DNA of 64,000 nucleotides from Thermoproteota archaeon (lineage in GTDB: Archaea; Thermoproteota; Methanomethylicia; Methanomethylicales; Methanomethylicaceae): contig JARXPE010000003.1 in NCBI GenBank assembly GCA_029887795.1, positions 28,600-92,599 on the forward strand, given 5' to 3'. This document shows positions 40,901 to 50,202 of the stretch, in pieces. The notes under the pieces are model-generated. The model was not told the DNA's origin. It saw only the letters and a program-made list of their open reading frames with translations, and did not search any database. Position 1 is the stretch's first letter. Every line of letters starts with the position of its first letter. The position numbers and the translations under genes were made by a program.

Positions 40901-41812
40901 TCACGAGAAATAGGACTCTGGCAAGATCCTAACAAGTATGTAATCCCTCATTTGAGATCTTGTTATACGAGATAGTTCATCGAGCCTTTTTCCCTCAACG
41001 ACCACAGAGGCAACTTTCTCCTTGTACTCGTCGTACGGCAACTTAATCCTGACGCCGTCGACCTTCAATGTTACTGGATTTGGTGAGAGGGCGTCCAAAA
41101 CTTCCGGAACCTGCCTCTCCACCTCGTTCTTTACAAGCGCTGGCTCTATTATTAATGGATCCAAATCCATTTCCCTCCGCCTTCCCTCGATCAGTTTTCC
41201 TGCTAGCTCTGAGACCCTTCTCAACTTCTCTATCATGTCTACAGTTCTTGCCCTCTCTGGATATCTCCCTATTCCTCCAACATAACCACTCGCTCCCTCC
41301 ACCTCCAGTTCGGGTGGTCCGCCAGTCACTATCACTGGTACGGATAACTCCTTGAACAACTTTGGCTTAAATCTCCTCAAACAGTGCTCAAAGTTCCCGA
41401 GCGTAAAAACTGCGAGATCATGTTCTTCAATAAGCTGCCTCTCCTGTACTGATGTATGCACTATCTTCTGACCTACTCCCCTAGCCAGTCCCATTATGTT
41501 TGTCTTTGCACCGTGCCTCCTCAAGTTCTCAGCTATATCACAGGCAGGGTGTGGAAGGTGGTGCCTGGATAATGTAGGGGCCACAACTACAACCTCGGTT
41601 CCTATGAGTGGGGCATCTCTGAGCTTGCCCTTTACCTCTTGGACTATTTCTTGCAACCTTCCAACTTCTTCCTCTGGGATCGCCAAATTCATTATTAGGT
41701 CCAGTCCGATCACAGTCTTTTGTATCACAAAGCCTCCAACATCTTCTACAAACTCCAGTAAAAGTTCATGCTTATACATGCCGCCCTCAAAGATGACATA
41801 TTTTAACATCAC
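40901..41812 (-). CDS. Candidate methanogenesis marker protein 7
   Basis: 303 aa; size, operon position (with marker 17-, marker 3- and A2-like genes) and composition fit Mmp7. Assignment by context and memory. Confidence 0.45.
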   Translation of the reverse strand: MMLKYVIFEGGMYKHELLLEFVEDVGGFVIQKTVIGLDLIMNLAIPEEEVGRLQEIVQEVKGKLRDAPLIGTEVVVVAPTLSRHHLPHPACDIAENLRRHGAKTNIMGLARGVGQKIVHTSVQERQLIEEHDLAVFTLGNFEHCLRRFKPKLFKELSVPVIVTGGPPELEVEGASGYVGGIGRYPERARTVDMIEKLRRVSELAGKLIEGRRREMDLDPLIIEPALVKNEVERQVPEVLDALSPNPVTLKVDGVRIKLPYDEYKEKVASVVVEGKRLDELSRITRSQMRDYILVRILPESYFS

Positions 41813-42360
41813 TCGTCCACCGCCAAATCAGCAGCCATTTTCTTCCAATCCTCTCTGATGGGGTCCTCCGCAGCCATAACAGTCAGAAGATCGCCTTCCT
41901 TAATCACGTGCCGAACCCTGAACCCTTCGGGTATCACTCTATTCACGAGTTCGTTCACCTTATCCGAAACACTTACCCTCTCCTTCTTTATTTTGAGCTC
42001 CTTCAAACTCTCTGGCTCTGCGCCTCTCACCACGATCTCTGTTCTTCCAGATTGCTCGACCTTGTCTCTTCCATAAGTGCTCCACAGACTTCTAAGCGCA
42101 TCTCCAAGGTCAATCTCATCCTCTAATATGACCCTCACGCTACCAGATCTTGCCTCTATCCTTGCTAGCTCCCCTATCTTATTCTTGATCTCGCGCTCCC
42201 TATATTTGACCTTCATTACAAAGAGCGGGAACTCGGGCTTTATCAGGACTGCAATCCCTGTTACACTATTCCCTAGCGCTAGATCCTCCACGTTTCTCTC
42301 AACAATATGTCTATACATCTCTCCCCCCGTGTTGTCTGAAGAGACCACGACTATCTTCAT
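41809..42360 (-). CDS. Candidate methanogenesis marker protein 17
   Basis: 183 aa; 4-nt overlap with the downstream gene; context-based assignment. Confidence 0.4.
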   Translation of the reverse strand: MKIVVVSSDNTGGEMYRHIVERNVEDLALGNSVTGIAVLIKPEFPLFVMKVKYREREIKNKIGELARIEARSGSVRVILEDEIDLGDALRSLWSTYGRDKVEQSGRTEIVVRGAEPESLKELKIKKERVSVSDKVNELVNRVIPEGFRVRHVIKEGDLLTVMAAEDPIREDWKKMAADLAVDE

Positions 42361-42361
42361 C

Positions 42362-42781
42362 TTAGCTCCCCCCTGCCTCCTCCACTATCTTCTTAAGCTT
42401 CGAGACGTCCAACCTCGTTTTCGGCTCTGTTTCCTTTATCTCCAATACACCCTCTGCCTCAAGCGCCTTTGATACATTCTTCAGCACATTCCTCTCGGCA
42501 CCCAGCATAAAATACCCTGGTCTTGGTCCTCCTCCCCTCTTCGCCCTACATATCCTCTCGTCCCCAATCCTGTAGCCCCTCACCTTGAAGAATATTCTGT
42601 TAGGGTCCATTTCCCTCAATGCTTTCATTACCTTCTCCAACTCCGCCTCTTCTCCCTCTATTAAAACTCCATAGCAGGTCTCCTTGTAATTAACTCCGCC
42701 CAGCGCTGCCACTTTTTCCATAAGCATAGAAGGTGTTAGATTCGAGTCTGGCGATAACATCACCACAAAAGTCTTTATCAT
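42362..42781 (-). CDS. Small conserved protein, candidate methanogenesis marker 5/6 family
   Basis: 139 aa; sits between the marker 3-like and marker 17-like genes; translationally coupled. Confidence 0.35.
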   Translation of the reverse strand: MIKTFVVMLSPDSNLTPSMLMEKVAALGGVNYKETCYGVLIEGEEAELEKVMKALREMDPNRIFFKVRGYRIGDERICRAKRGGGPRPGYFMLGAERNVLKNVSKALEAEGVLEIKETEPKTRLDVSKLKKIVEEAGGS

Positions 42782-44301
42782 GCCCCCTCCTCCATAATGT
42801 ATACCTTTCTCCCTTCCCTCAGACCATTCAATATGGCGAGATTTTCCAGAACTCTGCCGACAATGTTGGTTCCATCAAAGCTTTCTGCCGTCGGACCAAA
42901 CTTGTCACTCTCCATTAGTCTGATACCGACCATTCCGGCGAACTTCTTAACAGAGTTTGTGACCCCTATTATTCCGGAACCGACTTTACCCTTGGGAAGA
43001 TTCTCGGGCATAAGGCCTTTTCCCAAACTCTCATCACCTTTAAAGAGAACAACTTCCTTCGTTGAAAAGAATACCTCTAGACGCCCAACGCGTCTAAGAT
43101 CTAAGCCAGTGACTCTCCTGAAGTATTTCACAGAGATCGGAGCATATCTCTCATTTAACTGAATCTTCAAGATCTGATCACGAGGAAGTCCTGTACATCT
43201 GACAACCCCTTGCTTGTATATCTCTACCGTGGTAGCTGGTGAGTGGTCCACTACGATCCCATCATCCCCTAAATAGCCCTCCCTGACATGGATGATTCCT
43301 GCCCTCTCTAACGCCCCTTTTACCTCTCCTTGGGTTCTCCCAAGAAGATCTAACCTCTCTGGAATTAGAACCGTTTGTATCATATCTCCTTCCTTGGCAA
43401 CATCAGCAAGCTCAATTCCACTGACGACTCGCCCAGCTATCACGTGATCTTTTGAGATTGCCGACTTCTGAAGATATATGTAAACCAACCCTGCATTATT
43501 ACCGGAGCTTCTGACAGAAACGACCCCCCTTTCTCTACTCCCCACATCCTCGCTTTTTATGGAGAGTAGTCTGATTTTATCATGCGCAATAAAGCGGCTA
43601 GTCTTTCTGGCGACTGTAAAACCTTCGCTCAGCGCGTTATATACATGTTCCACACAAATAGGAGACTGAGGATTTAGTTGTATCTCCATTTTTGTAAATA
43701 TCATGTCGCCCTCGTTTAACTTGTAATCATTTTTGACCCGTACTAGCGATCCAGGATCAGACTTTTTCTCCCAGACTGGTAAAATCTTATTAATTTTATC
43801 TCCAATCCTGAAAGCCTCAAGCAAGTGCCTGCCATAAACTACGCGCCCCAGGACTCTGCAGCCCTTCGGTGGAAAGTAAAGCGCGCTATGGGTCCGCTTA
43901 CTGAATACAAGGTGCGAGCTCTCATTGCTGGAACCTGAGAGGCTCACAGTAATTTCATATCTTCGCAACTCGACCTCTTCTTTGGAAGGCAGGAATTCTG
44001 TTTTGGTGGGTCCAAATACCACAGCATCGATAGTTGCCCACCTGACACCACATCCTTCAAAGCTCTTGTAAGCCTGCTTCCACTTTTCTAACTCATCATC
44101 GCACTCCCACCTTAGTATCATCCTGCCTCGCGTTGTATGAACCTCATAAAGGTTTGTGGGGATGCGCTCTACATCTATTTTTCTTTTGACGGCAACTATG
44201 TAGCCTTCTTTGACTTTAATGCCCGATCTCTCCAAAAAATCCCCCAAGCTTTCATCTTTTCGCGCTTCCATTTCGACGCCATCAACTACTACTCTCAACA
44301 C
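42778..44301 (-). CDS. Candidate methanogenesis marker protein 3 (UPF0288-like), first gene of the activation operon
   Basis: 507 aa; size and position fit Mmp3; transcribed divergently from mcrDC. Confidence 0.5.
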   Translation of the reverse strand: MLRVVVDGVEMEARKDESLGDFLERSGIKVKEGYIVAVKRKIDVERIPTNLYEVHTTRGRMILRWECDDELEKWKQAYKSFEGCGVRWATIDAVVFGPTKTEFLPSKEEVELRRYEITVSLSGSSNESSHLVFSKRTHSALYFPPKGCRVLGRVVYGRHLLEAFRIGDKINKILPVWEKKSDPGSLVRVKNDYKLNEGDMIFTKMEIQLNPQSPICVEHVYNALSEGFTVARKTSRFIAHDKIRLLSIKSEDVGSRERGVVSVRSSGNNAGLVYIYLQKSAISKDHVIAGRVVSGIELADVAKEGDMIQTVLIPERLDLLGRTQGEVKGALERAGIIHVREGYLGDDGIVVDHSPATTVEIYKQGVVRCTGLPRDQILKIQLNERYAPISVKYFRRVTGLDLRRVGRLEVFFSTKEVVLFKGDESLGKGLMPENLPKGKVGSGIIGVTNSVKKFAGMVGIRLMESDKFGPTAESFDGTNIVGRVLENLAILNGLREGRKVYIMEEGA

Positions 44302-44580
44302 ATCATCCCTATCCTTCTCAAATGAAGTTCCATTAATTAACCTTTATAGAAATTCAACCTATTTTTGTGTATTTGCTTTTGCCTAGGGCTTTGCCAAAAT
44401 CAGCAAGAAAACCTCTGAGCATCAAAGATGGGCTTCTCAATTTTTCGCCAACGTCCTCATCCTGACTTAAATTTTTTTGTTTTACTATTCCGTATCAACT
44501 TTTAAAAGACTTGGATGATCTACCACCGCCTAAGCAACTATTTATTTATTCGATCCTATTAATAGCCTAGGGGTTATACT
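44302..44580. promoter_or_regulatory. Divergent promoter region between the mmp3 operon (-) and mcrDC (+)
   Basis: 279-bp AT-rich spacer with TATA-like boxes on both strands (ttatagaaatt, tttatttatt). Confidence 0.3.
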
Positions 44581-44898
44581 TTGGAAACAAAAGACAAGCC
44601 TGAAATTGAGATCCTGCCTAGGCGACTTATGCCAAGCAAAAAAGCCGAGGATTTTGCTGCACTGTTGAAGGACACTGGAATGGTCTCGGAGGTCCTATTC
44701 CAGAGGCACAACTACTCCGGAGGAGGGTATATGGTAGGAAGGTTCATTCTCTTAATATCCGAAAATTCGCCAGAAACTGTTATTGGTAAGATCAAACCAT
44801 TGTGCGAACAGGTTATGCCGTATGGCTATGACATCAGAGTAGGTCGCTTCACCAAACCTAGACCTACTGTAAAAGATTACTTGGCTGGAAGGGTGTAA
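44581..44898 (+). CDS. mcrD: McrD-like protein (short form, 105 aa)
   Basis: EIEILPRRLMPS...AEDFAALL and C-terminal MPYGYDIRVGRFTKPRPTVKDYLAGR match conserved McrD blocks; TTG start; lacks the usual C-terminal roughly 40 aa. Confidence 0.55.
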   Translation: METKDKPEIEILPRRLMPSKKAEDFAALLKDTGMVSEVLFQRHNYSGGGYMVGRFILLISENSPETVIGKIKPLCEQVMPYGYDIRVGRFTKPRPTVKDYLAGRV

Positions 44899-44917
44899 AG
44901 GTTTAGGGGCGATTTGC

Positions 44918-45559
44918 TTGGACGAAGCTATTGGAAGGAGCTCTCAGATCGTGGATTGTCGGGAAGCTCAGGGCATAGGGGAGGGTGGCGGACTCGCCCA
45001 ACGTGGGACGATTTCGGAATCGGAACGCTTCGACGTGGTCGCGGTTGCAATGTCTCCTTCTAAAAGACATATCACAAAACCCATCTGTGAAATAACTTAC
45101 GGTCTAAGGGAACAGGGCATCAGAACGAGCGTCTTAGTTCTCGAGTCTGGATCAGGGGTGCCTTCCGACTCGCCCTATGGAGGCGCACCAGGTGGAACAA
45201 TGGCTGGAATCAACGAAAAAGAGATACTCCAGATAAGAAGATACAAACTCGCCCTATTCCACTTGGGCGGCATTGGGGGACATGTTGTCTATAAAGCTAA
45301 AACCTTTCTGCGATATGTCGACATCCCCACCATTATAGTCTGTGAGGCACCTGTAGACTATGAGGATTTTGCCAAGGTTGGGATCATCACCCGACTTGTA
45401 CGCCCGCCTCCCGATAAGGTCGAATGCCTAGGAACGATTGTCGATATTGTGACTGGCGTTGTGAGGGGTGTCAGCGCACCGCGCGACAAACTCAACGAAA
45501 TAGTGACAAAAGTAAAATTTTGGCTTAGCAAATTTGATGAGGAACATAAAAAAAGGTGA
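44918..45559 (+). CDS. mcrC: Methyl-coenzyme M reductase operon protein C
   Basis: VDCREAQGIGEGGGLAQRGT, VAVAMSPSKRHITKPICEITYGLRE, LFHLGGIGGHVVYKAKTFLR, IIVCEAPVDYEDFAKVGI are canonical McrC blocks. Confidence 0.85.
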   Translation: MDEAIGRSSQIVDCREAQGIGEGGGLAQRGTISESERFDVVAVAMSPSKRHITKPICEITYGLREQGIRTSVLVLESGSGVPSDSPYGGAPGGTMAGINEKEILQIRRYKLALFHLGGIGGHVVYKAKTFLRYVDIPTIIVCEAPVDYEDFAKVGIITRLVRPPPDKVECLGTIVDIVTGVVRGVSAPRDKLNEIVTKVKFWLSKFDEEHKKR

Positions 45560-45566
45560 AATTAAA

Positions 45567-46043
45567 TTGGCAAAGATATTCATATTTCCGCCCAACAGCC
45601 TGATTCTCTTTGACTTAGTGAAAAGGGAGGGTCATACCCCCTTGGGGTTGGGGGAAGAGGTTGCAAAGAATGTAAACAGACCCGAGATCGATTCTCCACC
45701 AATGAACATAACTCCTGACTTCCCTAGGAGAGGTCTAAAATACGCTGCCATAGAGGTCCCTTCAGGCGTTAGGGGGAGGCTGGCGCTGATCGGTCCTCTT
45801 GTTGAGGAGGCAGATGCCGCCATTATTGTGGAAGAACCAGAGGCACTTTTCGGGTGTGCCAGTTGTGGAAGAACAAACGAATTTCTAATTTACCTAATAA
45901 AACAGCGCAACATACCTTTCATTAAAGTTCCATATCCTTCTACAGAAGAAGATGCGAGAATCATGGTTTCAAAAATAAGAAAATTTCTCTCATCACTCAA
46001 TGAAATCCAGAAGACAAATACAACGATGGCGACGAAGACATAG
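45567..46043 (+). CDS. Conserved small protein cotranscribed with mcrDC (uncharacterised)
   Basis: TTG start 8 nt after a GGTGA ribosome-binding site that lies inside the mcrC 3' end; 158 aa; CASCG motif. Confidence 0.4.
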   Translation: MAKIFIFPPNSLILFDLVKREGHTPLGLGEEVAKNVNRPEIDSPPMNITPDFPRRGLKYAAIEVPSGVRGRLALIGPLVEEADAAIIVEEPEALFGCASCGRTNEFLIYLIKQRNIPFIKVPYPSTEEDARIMVSKIRKFLSSLNEIQKTNTTMATKT

Positions 46044-46129
46044 CAAAAACTTAGCCCATGATTTGACGAGGAAATCATTCGCCATTTGCTCTTATTCAAT
46101 ACCGAAAGAAAAATAACTTTTATTTAGGC

Positions 46130-46339
46130 TTACAGGATTTCAACCACTTTTTTCCTTGACTTAAATCCTGAAACTATCCTAATCTGAGATGGTTGCACCT
46201 TGAAGTGTTTGGCTAGCTTATTAATCAACTCTATATTTGCCCTTCCTCCCTCTGGTCTCTCTTTCAATCCTACAAAAATTGTATCGCCTTCCACCTTCAC
46301 AAAATCTTCTCCCAATTTTACCTCTACATCGTACCTCAT
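46130..46339 (-). CDS. DUF167/YggU-like small protein
   Basis: 69 aa; ...VKVEGDTIFVGLKERPEGGRAN.ELI..LAK.FKV......IVSG..SR.K.V.I fits the DUF167 pattern. Confidence 0.55.
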   Translation of the reverse strand: MRYDVEVKLGEDFVKVEGDTIFVGLKERPEGGRANIELINKLAKHFKVQPSQIRIVSGFKSRKKVVEIL

Positions 46340-46747
46340 AAAACCATCCTCTACTGTTTTCCTCTGGCAGGTTAATTAAAACCTTCTAAATATGCTCTTT
46401 TAAGGTTATTATTGTAAAGGCCTGAAAAATTATAAAACTCGCAATAACAAAAAGACCGCTCATAAATTTCAATCATGTTATTAAAATTTGCATAATTTAA
46501 TTTAACAAATAATGCATATCAGTATTTGGATCGATTCTCATGAAAAATGAATGAGTGATTTTTATCCAAAGTTTCGAGTCGCATCAGTCCAAGCGATCCT
46601 ATACCCCCAAAAAGAGAGAAAACAATATAGAAGTTGGAAGAACAGGGGCTAATGCCAAGAAAATGAGTTCATCAAAGCAACAGAAAAGGAGTTCAAAAAA
46701 GCTAAAGTAATTCTTGCAGGCTTTTTTGATATTTCAGTACATGGCAT

Positions 46748-46996
46748 TCATTCATAATACTTTAATGTCTCCTTCAATTTTTCAAAAATAAACGCTTTTG
46801 CCTTTATCAACTCCTCCCTATCTCCTATAAGCACCCAAGCCATCGGAATGGCGTCCCCATCAACGGGTGATGGTGCTTGTATAGGCTTTTCTGCGAGTTC
46901 AACTTTAAATCTATGTGTTGCCTCGGCTATGATTGAGTAGGGAGTCCCTGGAGGTATGGGCATAAAAAAGCCCTTCTTTTTATCTTCATTTTCCAT
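46748..46996 (-). CDS. Hypothetical protein
   Basis: 82-aa ORF; no motif recognised. Confidence 0.3.
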   Translation of the reverse strand: MENEDKKKGFFMPIPPGTPYSIIAEATHRFKVELAEKPIQAPSPVDGDAIPMAWVLIGDREELIKAKAFIFEKLKETLKYYE

Positions 46997-47054
46997 AATA
47001 ATCCCTATCCAATGATTTTAATTGCTTATGTTTTTCGCAATATTTTATTACACT

Positions 47055-48059
47055 CTAATTTATGCTTATGTTAAATACGATCTCTGAAATTCCTATTCCG
47101 TACTCAGCTATTCTTTTTGTACTATCAAATATGACCGCCAAAGTTCCGAGAACCTCCTTTGAAGAACTATGACCGAATTTTTCTAAAACTTCCTCTATTG
47201 ACTTAACCGTAGATCTGGCGTCGTGTATAACCCTGTTTGCATCCAAAAGATTGTTGCTCTTAAGGCAATTTAATGACTTTACAAAAATAGTTCCAGTTTT
47301 TTCCAACAGTTCTTTTATGACCAAAGTAGAATTATTATCAATTTTATCAATCAAATCCAATAAAATTGTAGAGATCTTGCACACATGATCGGCAACCCTC
47401 TCTACATGTCTAAATATTATCCTATATTCCAAAACCTCTCTGCCCATTTTAATGTCATAATCGAGTGCCGAAAGCTTATCCTCTATGATGCTTGAAAGCC
47501 ATCTGCTTCCCATGAAGTACAGTTTATCTATGTCATCATCCCTCTCAACTACATCTAATAGAATATTTTTATTTTTTGAAGCAAGAGCCTTACAAACATC
47601 CAAAATCATATTGTGAACCATGGAGGTCATTCTCATCAAAATCTTGTTTATTGGGTACTCATAAGGTCTAAGGATTACTTGTATAGTCATGCTGTTAATA
47701 GATTCGTCTACTATCTCGCCACCAGCCATTTTGTTCTTTATAATTTTTCTCAACTTATCTCTGACTTCAAACTCTGGCCCCACTTCTAAAAGATCTAACT
47801 TTATAACATCATAACCTGCGATGTATGCTGCCATTATCTTTCTAATGAGAAATCCTGCATCGGTTTCTTTTTCCTTAATTAAAATCTCTCTTTCCTTTCT
47901 TTTTTCCGAATTGATTGTTGATATTCTAATATTTCCATCATCAAGTACTTGTACATCGACCTCTGACTTTGCTCCGAGACCTCTCGCCTTAACCCATTCC
48001 TTGGGGAGTGCGACAGTGAATGTGGAAGCTCCAACCCTTTGTAAACGCCTTACCACCAT
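47055..48059 (-). CDS. Phosphate uptake regulator, AbrB/SpoVT-like N-domain fused to two PhoU repeats (archaeal PhoU-type)
   Basis: N-terminal swapped-hairpin motif RLQRVGASTFTVALPKEWVKARGL; C-terminal PhoU-like helical repeats; divergent from pstS. Confidence 0.7.
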   Translation of the reverse strand: MVVRRLQRVGASTFTVALPKEWVKARGLGAKSEVDVQVLDDGNIRISTINSEKRKEREILIKEKETDAGFLIRKIMAAYIAGYDVIKLDLLEVGPEFEVRDKLRKIIKNKMAGGEIVDESINSMTIQVILRPYEYPINKILMRMTSMVHNMILDVCKALASKNKNILLDVVERDDDIDKLYFMGSRWLSSIIEDKLSALDYDIKMGREVLEYRIIFRHVERVADHVCKISTILLDLIDKIDNNSTLVIKELLEKTGTIFVKSLNCLKSNNLLDANRVIHDARSTVKSIEEVLEKFGHSSSKEVLGTLAVIFDSTKRIAEYGIGISEIVFNISIN

Positions 48060-48188
48060 TTTTCTCAGCTCTATATACGTTAAATACTCGCATATTTTCT
48101 TTATCTGTATATATATTAAATACTGGAATATATACTATTTAAAAATAGTATATATGCTTTCTCGCAATTCTTCGTTTTGGTGCAATCT

Positions 48189-49256
48189 ATGAGATATGGC
48201 ATATCTCGAATCTCGTTGGTTGCTATTGTTGCCGTCGTTTTAGTCTCTGCAGGCGTGGGATATTACATTATTAATTCTCAGCAAGTAACTCCTGTTTCTA
48301 TAACAGCTGGAGGCGCATCTTTTCCTTATCCATTGATTACTAAGTGGATTTCCGAGTATAACAAGTTATACCCACACATACAAATCTCTTATCAATCCGT
48401 AGGCAGCGGGGCTGGCATAAGCAATTTATTCTCCAAGACTTTTGATTTTGCAGGGTCAGATGCCACGCTTACTGACGCGCAGCTGGCAAACTATTCCGTA
48501 TTACACATACCGGAGACCATGGGGGGCGTAGTGGTATCCTACAATATACCTGGTGTTGGAAGTGGATTAAAGCTCACGGCCGACGTTATTGCAAAAATAT
48601 TTCAAGGTAACATTACAAAGTGGAATGACCCCGAGATAATATCCCTAAACCCCTCCCTAAACCTTCCGGATAAAAACATTGTTGTAGTAAGGAGATCCGA
48701 TTCCAGCGGAACAACATTTGTATTCACAAACTACCTTAAAAATGCCTCCTCATTTTGGAAATTGGGCAGTGGTACATCAGTTAACTGGCCCGTTGGGATT
48801 GGTGCACCACAGAATAGCGGAGTAGCGAGCACTCTGCTTCAGACTCCTTATTCAATTGGCTATCTGGAGTTTTTCTACGCTCACAACAATTCTATCCCAT
48901 ACGCTTCAATTCAAAATAAAGATGGACAATTCGTTCAACCGTCTTTACAAACCATATCGAACGCTGCCAAAGCTGGAGCTGCGCTCTTGACAAATGATGT
49001 GCGAACCCCTATAGTAAACCTTCCGGGCAAAGATGTTTATCCTATAGCCGCATTTACCTACATTTTAATTTACAAGGATCTTTCCTACATGGATTTCAAC
49101 AAAGCTAAAGCCATTGTGAACTTCATCTGGTGGATTATACACGATGGTCAGAACTATTCTGAGTCGCTGCTATATCCAAAATTACCAACTGAAGTCGTTA
49201 AAATTGGAGAATCCTTGCTAAAACAAGTTACTTGCCAAGGTAAACCTATACTTTAG
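48189..49256 (+). CDS. pstS: Phosphate ABC transporter substrate-binding protein
   Basis: Signal/anchor helix, then a PstS fold (GGASFPYPL...SVGSGAGI...RRSDSSGTT). Confidence 0.85.
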   Translation: MRYGISRISLVAIVAVVLVSAGVGYYIINSQQVTPVSITAGGASFPYPLITKWISEYNKLYPHIQISYQSVGSGAGISNLFSKTFDFAGSDATLTDAQLANYSVLHIPETMGGVVVSYNIPGVGSGLKLTADVIAKIFQGNITKWNDPEIISLNPSLNLPDKNIVVVRRSDSSGTTFVFTNYLKNASSFWKLGSGTSVNWPVGIGAPQNSGVASTLLQTPYSIGYLEFFYAHNNSIPYASIQNKDGQFVQPSLQTISNAAKAGAALLTNDVRTPIVNLPGKDVYPIAAFTYILIYKDLSYMDFNKAKAIVNFIWWIIHDGQNYSESLLYPKLPTEVVKIGESLLKQVTCQGKPIL

Positions 49257-49266
49257 ATGATGAACT

Positions 49267-50202
49267 ATGAACTACAAATCTAATTCTTTTTTTGAAAAGC
49301 TTTTTAAGTCTACACTAAAAATAGCCGCCTTGATAGTTATTGGAATATTTATCCTTTTATTCTACTCGTTAGTAGAGCGTTCCATTCCTTCTTTATCTCA
49401 AAATGGGCTCGAAATATTGTTGGGAACCTCATGGGATCCAAACTTTGAGATATTCGGGGGCGCTCCTGCGATTCTGGGCACACTCTTCTCGTCTGCAATC
49501 GCTTTAGTTTTTGCTCTGCCAATAAGCCTTTGCATAGCCATCTTCTATACCGAGTATGGTCCCGTTAGACTCCGTCCATTTATATCCGGAGTAATGGACC
49601 TTTTGGCAGCCATACCAAGTGTGATATATGGGATATGGGGTTTATGGACGCTCTCTCCAATACTAAAAATAAACTTCCAAGAACCAATTATTGCCTCTAT
49701 TGGTTTCATACCTTTATTCTCAGGACCTGCCTATGGGCTGAGCATATTCCTGGCATCCTTGATCCTGACAATCATGATAACTCCTATAATCTCTTCCATA
49801 AGTATTGACATTTTCTCAAAAACGCCCATGCCTCTAAGAGAAGGTATGTTTGCATTGGGTGCAACTAAATGGGAGGTCATCAAAAATGTAGTTTTTCCTT
49901 TTGCCAAAAGAGGCGTTTTTGCGGCTACAATACTTGGTTTAGGAAGAGCTCTTGGAGAGACTATGGCAGTAACAATGGTAATTGGAAATTCCTATATTTG
50001 GCCTTTTAAATCCATATCGCTTTTTTCCTCAGCAAGTACCATAACTAGCAAGATAGCTAGTGAGTTTCCTGAAAGCGTTGTAAATATAATTCATAACTCA
50101 TCATTAATCTCTTTAGCGTTGGTTTTGCTACTCATTTCAATCTCAATAAATTTTGTTGCTGAAATTATTTCTAAAAAATCCGCTGGAAGGTTAAATGTAT
50201 GA
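49267..50202 (+). CDS. pstC: Phosphate ABC transporter permease PstC
   Basis: Six transmembrane segments; EAA-like loop ...LGRALGETMAVTMV. Confidence 0.85.
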   Translation: MNYKSNSFFEKLFKSTLKIAALIVIGIFILLFYSLVERSIPSLSQNGLEILLGTSWDPNFEIFGGAPAILGTLFSSAIALVFALPISLCIAIFYTEYGPVRLRPFISGVMDLLAAIPSVIYGIWGLWTLSPILKINFQEPIIASIGFIPLFSGPAYGLSIFLASLILTIMITPIISSISIDIFSKTPMPLREGMFALGATKWEVIKNVVFPFAKRGVFAATILGLGRALGETMAVTMVIGNSYIWPFKSISLFSSASTITSKIASEFPESVVNIIHNSSLISLALVLLLISISINFVAEIISKKSAGRLNV

